A stretch of DNA of 64,000 nt from contig NC_042997.1 in the NCBI RefSeq assembly GCF_006345805.1, positions 207,142,001-207,206,000 of the forward strand, given 5' to 3'. The position numbers and the translations under genes are program-made. Each line of letters opens with the position of its first letter. The first letter of the stretch is position 1. Origin of the DNA: Octopus sinensis. Lineage: Eukaryota. Shown here piece by piece: positions 35,490-48,099 of this stretch. Under the pieces are notes generated by a model. It saw only the letters and a program-made list of their open reading frames with translations, was not told where the DNA came from and did not search any database.

Positions 35490-36726
35490 CTTAAGAGATC
35501 ATGCTTGACCAACTTACTAGCAATGGAAGAATTGGTGACGCGCATCCTCGATGATAGTGATGCTGTTGACATCGTTTTATTGGACTTTGCCAAAGCTTTT
35601 GACTCGGTAAACCACCGCCTACTACTTGTCAAGCTTCAAACATATAGTTTCCATCCGGATATTGTACGATGGGTTGGTGCCTTCCTCTCAGATCGCTCCT
35701 TCCAAGTTCAAGTTAATGGTTCGTGATCTGACCTCTCCAGTGCGAGCAGTGGCGTGCCTCAAGGTTCAGTGCTTGGGCCCTTGTTGTTCTTAGTCTTCAT
35801 AAATGACTTGCCCGACGACCTCACGCAACACACCCTGTATTTGCCGACGATATCAAACTGGTCGTTCCTCGCGGTAGTATAGAGGATCTTCGTCGATGCC
35901 TCCACCAAATTTGGAAGTGGTCTAACGATTGGGACCTGTGTCTGAACGTGTCAAAGTGCTGTCATCTGCTGTCGGCTCTACTCTGCAACTCAACTTGATT
36001 TCGAGCCGGGTCGTCTGCTGCTGGAGAGGACCGATCAGGTAAAGGACCTGGGTATCTTGGTGGATTCCTCCTTTTCGCCTTCGGCCCAGTGCGTCCATGC
36101 TGCCAACAAAGCGCGCGGAATTCTGTTTTTGATTCGACGGTCATTCGGAATGCTCACAGCAGCCATATTCCTGCCACTCTATGTCACGCTGGTGAGACCC
36201 ATATTGGAGTATGGGATTCAAGCCTCTTCTCCTTATCTCCTCAAAGACATACAGCACCTCGAAAGAGTCCAGAGGCTGGCTACCCGCCTGGTTCATGGTC
36301 TCAAAAATTTGTCCTACGAAGAAAGGCTGAGGACGCTCGACCTTTATTCTCTTGAAAAACGCCGCCGCCGTGGTGATCTCATTCTCGCCCACAACATCAT
36401 AAGCGGGAAGTGTAACCTCTCGAAAGAGCTGTTCTTCACTCCTGCTCCGGAGCGTCGGCTGCGGGGTCATTCCGAAAAGCTCTACCTGCGACGATTTCAT
36501 CTCAATCGAAGGAGAGGAGCTTTCTCCGTCCGGGTTGTGGATCCGTGGAACAAGCTGCCAGATGAGATGGTGAAGATGCCGACGACCGCTTTGTTCAAAG
36601 CCTCCCTGGACCTCAAGTGGCCCGAACTCTTTACATGAACACCACCCTGTACTTAACTCCATGTCCCCCTACATGGCCTTGCTATTTGCTTTTGAGCCAA
36701 ATTAACTAACTAACTAACTAACTAAC
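35490..36726 (+). mobile_element. CR1-like LINE 3' fragment with (TAAC)n tail, copy 1
   Basis: [39 protein letters not shown]; premature TGA at 35724-35726. Confidence 0.9.
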
Positions 36727-37684
36727 TTAAGTAAGATTGTTCTTTATATCAAGTTTTTGTTCTTGATATTAACTTTGATGCACACTCTTAACCTTTCTGT
36801 CCCATCCCTTTCTCAGCCTTCATTCTTTGATTTCCTTTTCCTCTACTTAACTTGACTCTTCCTCTCTCTCATTCTTCACTCTCTCTCTCCCCCTCTCCAT
36901 CCTTCATGGTTTCCTCGCAGCCATTCCCCTTCTTCTCTCCCTTTCTCTTGCTCCTCCTCCCCCCTTCCTGTCATTCACCCGCGACGTGACTTCCGCTACT
37001 GTCTCTCTGGCCTGGTCCTCTCTAGGTAATGGACGACATTCTTTTTGCTCTGCTCATCGTTTATAAAAAATTCTGCATTCGCAATACTTTTTTTCGTTCG
37101 GCGTTAACAGCCCTTCTTATCTTGTTTTTCCTTGTCCTGTCTTTTATTGTTTATAATTTGTACTGTCGTTACTGTCCTGTTTTTGGTTACCATTTTTTAA
37201 CCCTCTGCGAAAAGATCTCAGAATTTTAATTGATTTGCTTTTCGCAGGAAGGAAAGTTTCTTGTCGAAGATACGTCTCGCTTTTATCCTTCGAAACGTAG
37301 AGTAGATGAAACCTTTAGCGACTGAAGAAGGGGGTTTTTCTTTGTGTTAATTGTCCTGTACTCTATATTTTTTTTGCTGTTTTTAAAAAAATGTCCAGTT
37401 CCTTTGGTTTGTGTCTATGTTTTCGTTTCTCATTGTGTTCGACATCCTTTTGGTGTCCTGTACTCATATATGCGTGTATATATACATGTAGAGGTAGGCA
37501 CGTACAGATATGTATGTATATATTCATATGTTTTTTTTATTTATTATATATATATATATATATATATGCGTGTATATGTACATGTAGAGGTAGGTACGTA
37601 CATATATGTTTATATATATGCATATGTTTTATTTTATTTATTAATATATTATATGATGAAACGCACGCACACACGCACGCACCC

Positions 37685-38923
37685 CCTTAAGAGATCATGC
37701 TTGACCAACTTACTAGCAATGGAAGAATTGGTGACGCGCATCCTCGATGATAGTGATGCTGTTGACATCGTTTTATTGGACTTTGCCAAAGCTTTTGACT
37801 CGGTAAACCACCGCCTACTACTTGTCAAGCTTCAAACATATAGTTTCCATCCGGATATTGTACGATGGGTTGGTGCCTTCCTCTCAGATCGCTCCTTCCA
37901 AGTTCAAGTTAATGGTTCGTGATCTGACCTCTCCAGTGCGAGCAGTGGCGTGCCTCAAGGTTCAGTGCTTGGGCCCTTGTTGTTCTTAGTCTTCATAAAT
38001 GACTTGCCCGACGACCTCACGCAACACACCCTTGTATTTGCCGACGATATCAAACTGGTCGTTCCTCGCGGTAGTATAGAGGATCTTCGTCGATGCCTCC
38101 ACCAAATTTGGAAGTGGTCTAACGATTGGGACCTGTGTCTGAACGTGTCAAAGTGCTGTCATCTGCTGTCGGCTCTACTCCTGCAACTCAACTTGATTTC
38201 GAGCCGGGTCGTCTGCTGCTGGAGAGGACCGATCAGGTAAAGGACCTGGGTATCTTGGTGGATTCCTCCTTTTCGCCTTCGGCCCAGTGCGTCCATGCTG
38301 CCAACAAAGCGCGCGGAATTCTGTTTTTGATTCGACGGTCATTCGGAATGCTCACAGCAGCCATATTCCTGCCACTCTATGTCACGCTGGTGAGACCCAT
38401 ATTGGAGTATGGGATTCAAGCCTCTTCTCCTTATCTCCTCAAAGACATACAGCACCTCGAAAGAGTCCAGAGGCTGGCTACCCGCCTGGTTCATGGTCTC
38501 AAAAATTGTCCTACGAAGAAAGGCTGAGGACGCTCGACCTTTATTCTCTTGAAAAACGCCGCCGCCGTGGTGATCTCATTCTCGCCCACAACATCATAAG
38601 CGGGAAGTGTAACCTCTCGAAAGAGCTGTTCTTCACTCCTGCTCCGGAGCGTCGGCTGCGGGGTCATTCCGAAAAGCTCTACCTGCGACGATTTCATCTC
38701 AATCGAAGGAGAGGAGCTTTCTCCGTCCGGGTTGTGGATCCGTGGAACAAGCTGCCAGATGAGATGGTGAAGATGCCGACGACCGCTTTGTTCAAAGCCT
38801 CCCTGGACCTCAAGTGGCCCGAACTCTTTACATGAACACCACCCTGTACTTAACTCCATGTCCCCCTACATGGCCTTGCTATTTGCTTTTGAGCCAAATT
38901 AACTAACTAACTAACTAACTAAC
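37685..38923 (+). mobile_element. CR1-like LINE 3' fragment, copy 2 (duplicate)
   Basis: Same motifs and lesions as copy 1. Confidence 0.9.
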
Positions 38924-40079
38924 TTAAGTAAGATTGTTCTTTATATCAAGTTTTTGTTCTTGATATTAACTTTGATGCACACTCTTAACCTTTCTGTCCC
39001 ATCCCTTTCTCAGCCTTCATTCTTTGATTCCTTTTCCTCTACTTAACTTGACTCTTCCTCTCTCTCATTCTTCACTCTCTCTCTCCCCCTCTCCATCCTT
39101 CATGGTTTCCTCGCAGCCATTCCCCTTCTTCTCTCCCTTTCTCTTGCTCCTCCTCCCCCTTCCTGTCATTCACCCGCGACGTGACTTCCGCTACTGTCTC
39201 TCTGGCCTGGTCCTCTCTAGGTAATGGACGACATTCTTTTTGCTCTGCTCATCGTTTATAAAAAATTCTGCATTCGCAATACTTTTTTTCGTTCGGCGTT
39301 AACAGCCCTTCTTATCTTGTTTTTCCTTGTCCTGTCTTTTATTGTTTATAATTTGTACTGTCGTTACTGTCCTGTTTTTGGTTACCATTTTTTAACCCTC
39401 TGCGAAAAGATCTCAGAATTTTAATTGATTTGCTTTTCGCAGGAAGGAAAGTTTCTTGTCGAAGATACGTCTCGCTTTTATCCTTCGAAACGTAGAGTAG
39501 ATGAAACCTTTAGCGACTGAAGAAGGGGGTTTTTCTTTGTGTTAATTGTCCTGTACTCTATATTTTTTTTGCTGTTTTTAAAAAAATGTCCAGTTCCTTT
39601 GGTTTGTGTCTATGTTTTCGTTTCTCATTGTGTTCGACATCCTTTTGGTGTCCTGTACTCATATATGCGTGTATATATACATGTAGAGGTAGGCACGTAC
39701 AGATATGTATGTATATATTCATATGTTTTTTTTATTTATTAATATATATATATATCAAAGTGAAGTTGTAAGGTACCGCATGAGTGGAAATATATATGAA
39801 AGAAGGTTTGAAAATGCAATTTTAAAAGATGTTTATTTACCTGACCGGTTTCACTTTTTTAGAAAAAAATTGTCAAAAGTAACATGTAAAAGCTTTGTTG
39901 TGTTAGGTACTGGTTGTCACAAAATATTACAATATATATATACATTCTTTGATAATAATAATAAGAACATGTTAAAAACAGTTTACAAGGAAAAATCTTG
40001 AGAAAATATTAAAAAGTTCATTAAAAATATTAGGATTGCATTAAAAATCATGTTTGTTTGGAAGTATCTATATATATAT

Positions 40080-40130
40080 AGGTGCAGGAGTGGCTGTGTG
40101 GTAAGTAGCTTGTTTACCAACCACATGGTT
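40080..40130 (+). mobile_element. tRNA-derived SINE, 5' piece (split by an RTE insertion)
   Basis: GGTGCAGGAGTGGCTGTGTGGTAAG..CCAACCACATGGTT; the element continues at 43251. Confidence 0.8.
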
Positions 40131-43100
40131 AGTCCTACAGAGTGGCACAGCTACGATTATCTCCGCCTATGCCCCACATGCGAGGCTACTAAATGATCAG
40201 AAGGACCACTTTTATGATACCCTTCTACAGGCTACCTCAAAGACTAGTGGCAAGGACCTCATCTTTGTGGGTGGAGACTTTAATGGGCATGTTGGGCAGG
40301 AATCGGGTATCTTCACTGGGGTACACGGTGGCCATGGTATTGGCACCAGAAATGATGAGGGAACTAGACTACTGGAATTCTGTGATGCATGTAACCTTTT
40401 AATCTGCAACACTAACTTCAGGAAGCCTGACTGCCACCTTATAACTTATCAGTCAGGAGACTCCACTAGCCAAATAGACTTCATCCTCACCAGACAGCGG
40501 GATGCAGGGTCGCTCTTAAATACAAAGAACTTCCCGGGTGAAGAGTGTATCCCTCAGCATAGGCTAATCATTAGTGACTTTAGGCTTGAGGCCAGAAGGA
40601 CTCCAAGAAACAGACCAATCCAGAAAAGAAGGATTTGGAAGCTAAAGAACCCTTCACATGGTCAGAGATTTAGGGACATCCTCATCAAGAAATTTGATGA
40701 GAGGGAGGAGGAGCTACAGATGTCGGACATAGAAGGTAGCTGGAAATTCCTACGGGACAGCTTGCTGAGTGCCACAGACCAAGTCTGTGGATGGTGCAAA
40801 GTCCCTTCCAGACCTAGAGTTACGTGGTGGTGGAATAGTGCAGTAGACAAAGCCATTAGTGCAAAGAAACAGGCCTGGAGAGCCTGGAGGGATGGGGGTA
40901 GCAGGGAACCGTACCAAGTAGCCAAAAGGGAGGCCGGGCGGCAGGTATACATAGCCAAAGATATAGCAGAAAAGAAGAAGTTTGCCAATGTCCAGCGACG
41001 TGAGGACCAAAGAACTGAGGTATTTCATATTGCTAGACAGTGTGTGAGAGAAAATAGTGATGTTACAGGAGAGAAATGTGTCTGCATGGATGATGGTGCA
41101 CTTAAGGATATGAAACCAGGTAAAGCCCCCCGGCCCATCAGGAATCACTGCTGAAATGCTTAAAACAGCTGGTTATGTGGGCTATGGCCTAGTCACCCGC
41201 ATTGTAAACCAGGTAGTTCATAATCGAGTCATACCCAATGACTGGCATAGCAGCACCATAGTCAACTGCTACAAGGGTAAGGGTGATGCTCTAGATAGAA
41301 ATAACTACAGGGGTATTAAACTGTTGGATCAGGTGATGAAGGTCACAGAGAGGGTCATAACCCATCTCATTAGGGAGAGAATTTGCTTAGATGAGATGCA
41401 GTTCGATTTTGTGCCGGGTAGAAGCACCACTGATGCTATATTCCTGGTCCGACAACTGCAGGAGAAGTACCTAGCTAAAGATAAACCCCTCTACATAGCT
41501 TTTGTGGACTTGGAGAAAGCCTTTGACAGGGTTCCCTGATCCCTTATCTGGTGATCGATGCGGAAACTGGAGATTGACGAATGGCTAATAAGGGCTGTAC
41601 AGGCTCTATACAGAGAGGCTGTCAGCAAGGTTAGGATTGGCAATGAATATAGTGAAGAATTCCGAGATGAAGTAGGTGTACACCCAGGCTCAGCCCTCAG
41701 TCCCCTTTTATTCATCATAGTCCTCCAGGCAATTCAAAACAGGTTGCCCCTGGGAGCTCCTCTATGCTAATGACCTGGCTCTCATAGCAGAATCACTATC
41801 GGAACTAGAAAAGAAATTTCGGGTGTGGAAACAAGGGTTAGAATCAAAGGGCCTTAGAGTAAATGTAGCAAAGACCAAAGTTTTAGTAAGCAGAAAGGCG
41901 AACTCAGCACACACCCCATCGGACAGGTGACCCTGCTCGATCTGTAGGAAAGGTGTAGGTAGAAACTCCATAAGATGCACCCAGTGTAAGCTATGGACAC
42001 ATAAGAGGTGCAGCAACATCAAAGGGAAATTAACTGATAAGATAGCTTTCATGTGCGGCAGATGCACAGGGACAATAGACACCACAAATACTCAGAAAAC
42101 AGATTCCATCACACTCCAGGGGGAGAAACTAGAAGTAGTTGATAGTTTCCGCTACCTGGGTGACCAAGTTAGTAGTGGAGGTGGATGCTCAGAGAGTGTC
42201 ACCACTAGAATACGAATAGCCTGGGCAAAGTTTAGAAAACTTCTACCCCTACTGGCGACAAAGGGTCTCTCACTCAGAGTGAAAGGTAGATTGTATGATG
42301 CATGTGTGTGAACTGCCACGCTTCGCGGCAGTGAAACATGGGCCGTGACTGCAGAGGACATGCGTAGACTTGAAAGAAATGAAGCTAGCATGATCCGCTG
42401 GATGTGTAATGTCAGTGTGAATACACGACAGAGTATAAGCACCCTGAGAGAAATGCTAGACATAAGAAGCATCAGATGCGGTGTGCAAGAGCGACGCTTG
42501 CGATGGTATGGTCATGTACTGCGGATGGATGAAGAGAGATGTGTGAAGAAGTGCCGCTCCCAAACAGTTGAAGGAATCAGGGGGAGAGGTAGACCCAGGA
42601 AGACATGGGATGAGGTAGTCAAGCATGACCTCAGAGCGTTGGGCCTCACTGAGGCAATGGCGAAGGACCGAGATCTCTGGAGATGTACTGTGACTACAAA
42701 GACCCGGGATGCTTCCGGCACCAGTTCTGCATAGCCCCTGCCCATCCAAAGTACCTTGGATCCCAGAACATCTTGCTGTGCTTGAGGAGACCTGTTGAGT
42801 CAAGTGCATGTACATGAACATCGAAACAAATATCAATGGAAATAGTAGTTGTGATACCTGTGCCGGTGGCACATAAAAAGCACCATCCGAACGTGGCCAT
42901 TGCCAGCGCCGCCTCAACTGGCTTCTGTGCTGGTGGCACATTAAAACCACCATCCGAACATGGCCGATGCCAGCGCCGCCTTGGCTGGCTTCTGTGTCGG
43001 TGGCACGATAAAAGCACCAACCGATCATGGCCGATGCCAGACCCCACTGGCACCTGTGCAGGTGGCACGTAAAAAGCAACCACTACACGCGGAGTGGTTG

Positions 43101-43250
43101 GCATTAGGAAGGGCATCCAGCTGTAGAAACACTGCCAGATCAGACTGGAGCCTGGTGCAACCCCTGGCTTCCCAGACCCCGGTCGAACTGTCCAACCCGT
43201 GCTAGCGCGGAAAACGGACGTTAAACGATGATGATGATGATGATGATGAT
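40131..43250 (+). mobile_element. RTE-clade LINE, decayed and 5'-truncated, with short 3'UTR array and (GAT)n tail
   Basis: Fragmented ORFs at 40267-41154, 41156-41539, 42051-42311 and 42345-42734 are homologous to 4206-7019. An internal deletion lies near 41100. Confidence 0.93.
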
Positions 43251-43602
43251 GGTTCCGGGTTCAGTCCCACTGTGTGGCACCTTGGGCAAGTGTCTTCTAC
43301 TATAGCCTCGGGCCGACCAAATCCTTGTGAGTGGATTTGGTAGATGGAAACTGAAAGAAGCCTGTCGTATATATATATATATATGTGTGTTTGTGTGTCT
43401 GTGTTTGTCCCTCTAGCATTGCTTGACAACCGATGCTGGTGTGTTTATGTCCCTGTTACCTAGCAGTTCAGCAAAAGAGACCGATAGAATAAGTACTGGG
43501 CTTACAAAAGAATAAGTCCCGGGGTCAAGTTGCTTGATTAAAGGCGGTGCTCCAGCATGGCCGCAGTCAAATGACTGAAACAAGTAAAAGAGTAAAGAGT
43601 AA
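43251..43602 (+). mobile_element. tRNA-derived SINE, remainder (B box, body, 3' end)
   Basis: GGTTCCGGGTTCAGTCCCACTG..CCTTGGGCAAGTG..GAAACTGAAAGAAGCC..GACCGATAGAATAAGTAC..GAAACAAGTAAAAGAG. Confidence 0.85.
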
Positions 43603-43899
43603 TACACAGAAAATTATAAGTTCAAAAAGGTCATATTTGGTGGTATATATATATATACACACAGAAGGAGATATATTTAGGAGTTTACAAAGAATTTGAG
43701 ATGAACTGACCTGTTTTACAATTTTCATTTTCTGTGAAGCTAAAAGGCTGTTTATTATTTTAAGGGACAGTTTGGGAGGTTGGTTTGGGTGGGGGAAAGA
43801 AGAGTAATGTGGAATTGAAAGGAATTTTTTGTTTCTCTTTCATGGCTAGTCTTTCATGGTTCAACGGTTTTTAGAACTGGTCTTAGAGGTCAGAATGGT

Positions 43900-45065
43900 G
43901 TGAGTGTGTGTGTCTGTGTGTGTTATATACATGTGTTTGTGTTTGTGTGTCGTTTTTGATTGGTCCCAGGGTTTATTGTGGTGTAAGTAGATGTGTCTGT
44001 GTGTGTTTTATATTTGGTAGGATGGTGTGTGTATATGTGTGATTAATATTTGTTAGGGTGTTGTGTGTGTGCAAGTGTGTGTATGTGCTTGTTTGCGTGT
44101 GTGTATGTGCTTGTTTGCGTGTGTGTATGTGCTTGTTTGCGTGTGTGTATGTGTGCGTCTGTGGGTGCATGTGTATGCTTGTGTGTTTTTGTGTTGGTGA
44201 GGATGTTATGTATGTGTATATGTGTGTGTTGTGTCTGTCTGAGTATGTTTGTGTTTTAATTGTCTTTGTGTGTGTGTGTATGTGAGCAATCATATATGTG
44301 TGTGAGGGTGCATATGTATGTGTGGATGTGTATGTGTGTGTAAGTGTGTTGTATTTATCAGGGATTCTGTGTGTCCATGTGTGTTGGGTTTTTCTGGGTG
44401 GCGTGTGTGTGCATATGCGTTTTGTGTGTGTTGGTATTGAGTATGCATTTGTGTGTGTGTGTATATATGTGGGTATGGTTTGTGTAGTTTCTGGGTGTGT
44501 TTGTGTGAGTGTGTCTATATGTCTTGAATTTGTCAGGGAGGTATGTGTCATTGTGTGTGTGTATGTGAGTGTTTGTTGTGGTTGTTGGGATTTTATTATG
44601 TGTATATGAGTGTGTTTCTTTCTTTTGAGTGTGTGTGTGTGATTTTATTACTGGGGTACGGGCATATTGTGTGTGTGTGTACAGGTGTGTGTAAATGCCT
44701 GTGTGTTTGTGTGAGTTGTGTTGTAGTTGCGTGTTTCTTTGTGTATCTATATGTGTGGGTGTGTTTGTGTGAATGTGATTTGTAATTGTCAGGGTGGTGT
44801 GTGTAGGTGTGTTCATGTACGTGCTTACATATGTATATATGTGTATGTGAGTGTTGGCTATGGTTGCTAGAATCATATTGCAAGTGTATATATGTATGTG
44901 TTTTTTCTTGGGATGTGTGTGGGTTTGTGCTCAGGTGTGGGGATATTGTGTTTGTGCATGTGTGTATTTGCGTCAGCGGTTGGCATTGTTTTTGTGTTTG
45001 TGTAATTTTGTATATCTGTATGTGTTTCGGTGTGTGTTTGTTTTGGATGTGTACCTTGGGGTATG
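43900..45065 (+). repeat. About 1.2 kb of degenerate (TG)n-rich low-complexity DNA
   Basis: Direct reading; source of several spurious Cys/Val and His/Thr ORFs. Confidence 0.95.
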
Positions 45066-46622
45066 TTAGAGTATGTTGAGTTGTGGTCTGTATTTTTGAA
45101 TAAGATTATTTTCCCTATTTATTCGTGTTTGGTCAGTGGTGTTGTCCAGGCATTGGTATAGTGGGAAAGCTAGGAATTTTGGGGACTTGTTGTGTGCACA
45201 GAGGTCTAAATGCCCACTAAGTAGTATCTGTCTTGCGGTGGGATCCCTTAGTTGTTGGCGATGAACTGTCATCCTTTCTCTGAGGGTAAGGCTTGTTTGC
45301 CATATGTAATCTTTGTGGAACCCTTCACACCTTATGACATAGAGTAAATTCTTTGATGTGCAGGTGAAGTTATTTTTAATGATAAAAGTGTATCGGGACT
45401 GGAATTTGTACATTGTTCCTTCAATGAGATGGATGCAAGTCCTGCAGTTGGAACGACCACATTTTCTGACAGTGGGCGGTGGGTTTGTGTTGGGTAATTT
45501 TGCATTGGTGAGGAAGTTTTTTAGGGATTTGGGTTGTCTTTTGCTTTTTATTATTTTATGAGTTGTGAATACTTTTTTTTAGATGTGGGTCTTGATTCTG
45601 CTGTGGAACGTTCTTGTATATAATTGTGTATGCTTCTGCATTTCTTGGGATGTATGTTGAGAGATAGGGGAGGCTATTTACTGTACTGTGGATGTGTTTT
45701 GGTTTTCGTAAGTCCTGAATGTTAATTGATTTGGCCCGTTCTATTCCATTGTCCACTAGTGATGCTGGGTAATGTCTTTCGAGAAGAATTGCTTTTAGTT
45801 CTCAGAGTCTTTTATTTCGTGTTCTATAATTTGAGACAATTGTGCAGATTCTTCTCGCTAGGTTGAAGGGGATATTTGTCTTTGTGTGCTTTGGGTGATT
45901 GGAGGTGAACAGAAGTTATTGTTCGGAATCAGTGGATTTGTAGTGGATGTCAGTTTCAATGTTGGTGCCTTTTTTAATAAGAAGAATGTCTAAAAAAGGA
46001 AGTTAGTCTTGACTATATTCCATTGTAAATTGGATATGGTTGTTGACACTGTTGATAAGGTTTTTGAAGTCCATAAGTTGGTTGAGTGTGTGGGACCATA
46101 GGATGAGGCAATCATCTAAGTAGCGTTTCCAATTCTCCAACAGGTATTTGTGGAAAGACAGGCCATACTTATATTTGGAATTTTCATAAATATGTGATTC
46201 CAGGTAGGCCATCACCAGGTTTGCATAGGTAGGGGCAACTTTAGTACCCATTACAGTCCCTGATACTTGTCTGTAGGTGTTATTAAAATTCATAAAGTTG
46301 TTTTGGAGAATAAACTTTAGGCTCTCAGTGATGAATTCATTTTTTATTCTTTCTGGGACCTCATTGGGGTATTTATCTAGCCAGAATTTAATGGCTTCCA
46401 GTCCATATTCATGTGGGATCGTAGTGTAAAGGTTTATTACATCAAAGGAGGCAATTAAAACGTCTTTATCGGTATGTTTGGGGAGATGATTTAATAGGTC
46501 CAGGTCATCTCTTACAATACTTGGTATGTGTTTTAGTATTGGTTTTGAGATGATATCGATAAAGTTGCTTAATCTGTGTGTTTCACAGTTTGGGCCAGCC
46601 ACAATTGGTCTCAGTTTGAGAT
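45066..46622 (-). mobile_element. Penelope-like element (Neptune-like): RT, Cys linker and GIY-YIG endonuclease, decayed
   Basis: RT: AGP..LSNFIDII, SFDVINLYTTIP, GTVMGTKVAPTYANL, WKRYLDD. Then GRSNCRTC and FTCTSKNLLYVIRC..YIWQT..LRERMTVHR. Confidence 0.92.
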
Positions 46623-46648
46623 CAGTGGGATGTGTGTTTGTATGTATG

Positions 46649-46677
<29 letters not shown>

Positions 46678-46679
<2 letters not shown>

Positions 46680-46925
46680 CATCATCATCATCATCATCAT
46701 CGTTTAACGTCCGTTTTCCGCGCTAGCACGGGTTGGACGGTTTCGACCGGGGTCTGGGGAGCTCGGGACTGCCCCAGGCTCCAGTCTAGTCTGGCAGTGT
46801 TTCTACAGCTGGATGCCCTTCCTAACGCCAACCACTCCGCGAGTGTAGTGGGTGTTTTTTACGTGCCACCTGCACAGGTGCCAGAGGGGTCTGGCATCGG
46901 CCACGTTCGGATGGTGCTTTTTATG
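46678..46925 (-). mobile_element. RTE-family 3' end (about 1.5 array units plus tail)
   Basis: Reverse complement of a 7610-7830-like sequence. Confidence 0.9.
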
Positions 46926-47181
46926 TGGGGGGGGGTATAGAAATATATAGGGGAGCACCAGTGGGGGGGGTGGTTCAGAGAAATGATGACAGGTTCTAGG
47001 CAAGTAGAACGTAGGATATCAAGAGAGGGGTAATGCATGGTGAAATAGCGTGCTGAAGAGGGGGGTTCAAAGAGTAGACACCTATAATGGTGGTGGGAGA
47101 AGCGACATCCGGTATAGATGGAAAAAAATATAGAGATATCCGGTATTGGTGGTGGGGGTGGGCAAGGGCGGGTGCACCGGG

Positions 47182-47572
47182 AATATGCGAAGGTTGAACT
47201 TTAGAGAAACGGGCGGGAATGGCGATGTTTTTAGGGTGGCATGTAGAGAGAAAAGGAAAGCAAAGCAGATTGGTGGTTATAAGTTCAAAACATTTAAACG
47301 GTAGACAAATGTATGTATGTATGAAATAGAAGCGAGAAATCTTAGCCTGCTCATGGACATCGCTGCAAGTCAGGGGAAGAAATGATAGTGAATGGTGGAG
47401 ATCGAATTAAAGGGAATATGCGAAGGTTGAACTTTAGAGAAACGGGCGGGAATGGCGATGTTTTTAGGGTGGCATGTAGAGAGAAAAGGAAAGCAAAGCA
47501 GATTGGTGGTTATAAGTTCAAAACATTTAAACGGTAGACAAATGTATGTATGTATGAAATAGAAGCGAGAAA
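47182..47572 (+). repeat. Direct repeat pair of about 160 bp (47182-47341 and 47413-47572)
   Basis: GGAATATGCGAAGGTTGAAC..GAAGCGAGAAAT occurs twice. Confidence 0.9.
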
Positions 47573-48099
47573 TATATATATATATATCATGATTGTTTAA
47601 TATGAATAGTGTTATAATATTTATTGTTTTATTATTAATAATATTTGTTATATTAACTTTTGTATATTATATATTTAGATATATATTTATCAAAATGAAA
47701 GAAAAATGTCAAGATTGATTTGTTGTGTAATATTTTTGAATATTCGATAATATTAATTGAGCATATATATATGTATGTATGTGAGTGTATATGTAATATA
47801 CACTGTGTTTCCTTTTATTATGCAGGTCAACCATTCCTCAATAAAATCAAAATCCTTGTCTGATTTTTCCTGAAATTTTTACAGGATATGTAGGATTATG
47901 TATCCTGTGTCTTGTGTACATTTTGTCCAAATTGGTATACATTTAAAGTAGAAATTAATAAAAATATGTTTATAGGGTGTTTCTTTTTATTATGCAAGTT
48001 AAATATTATATAAACATGTAACGTGATTTACATATAGAACAATACATAACCAGACCATTAATATATACGTACATTGTCCATCATATAATTATATTTGCC

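Larger units (their letters stand above)
35370..39725 (+). repeat. Tandem duplication, unit about 2195 bp (35370-37565 and 37566-39725)
   Basis: Identical 66-aa ORFs at 37029 and 39224 and a shared RT stop codon. The differences I saw are single-base homopolymer indels. Confidence 0.95.

Noticed and set aside
43973-45079. His/Thr-rich and Cys/Val-rich ORFs up to 192 aa
   Set aside because: They come from the low-complexity CA/TG tract and show no domain signal or splice structure.
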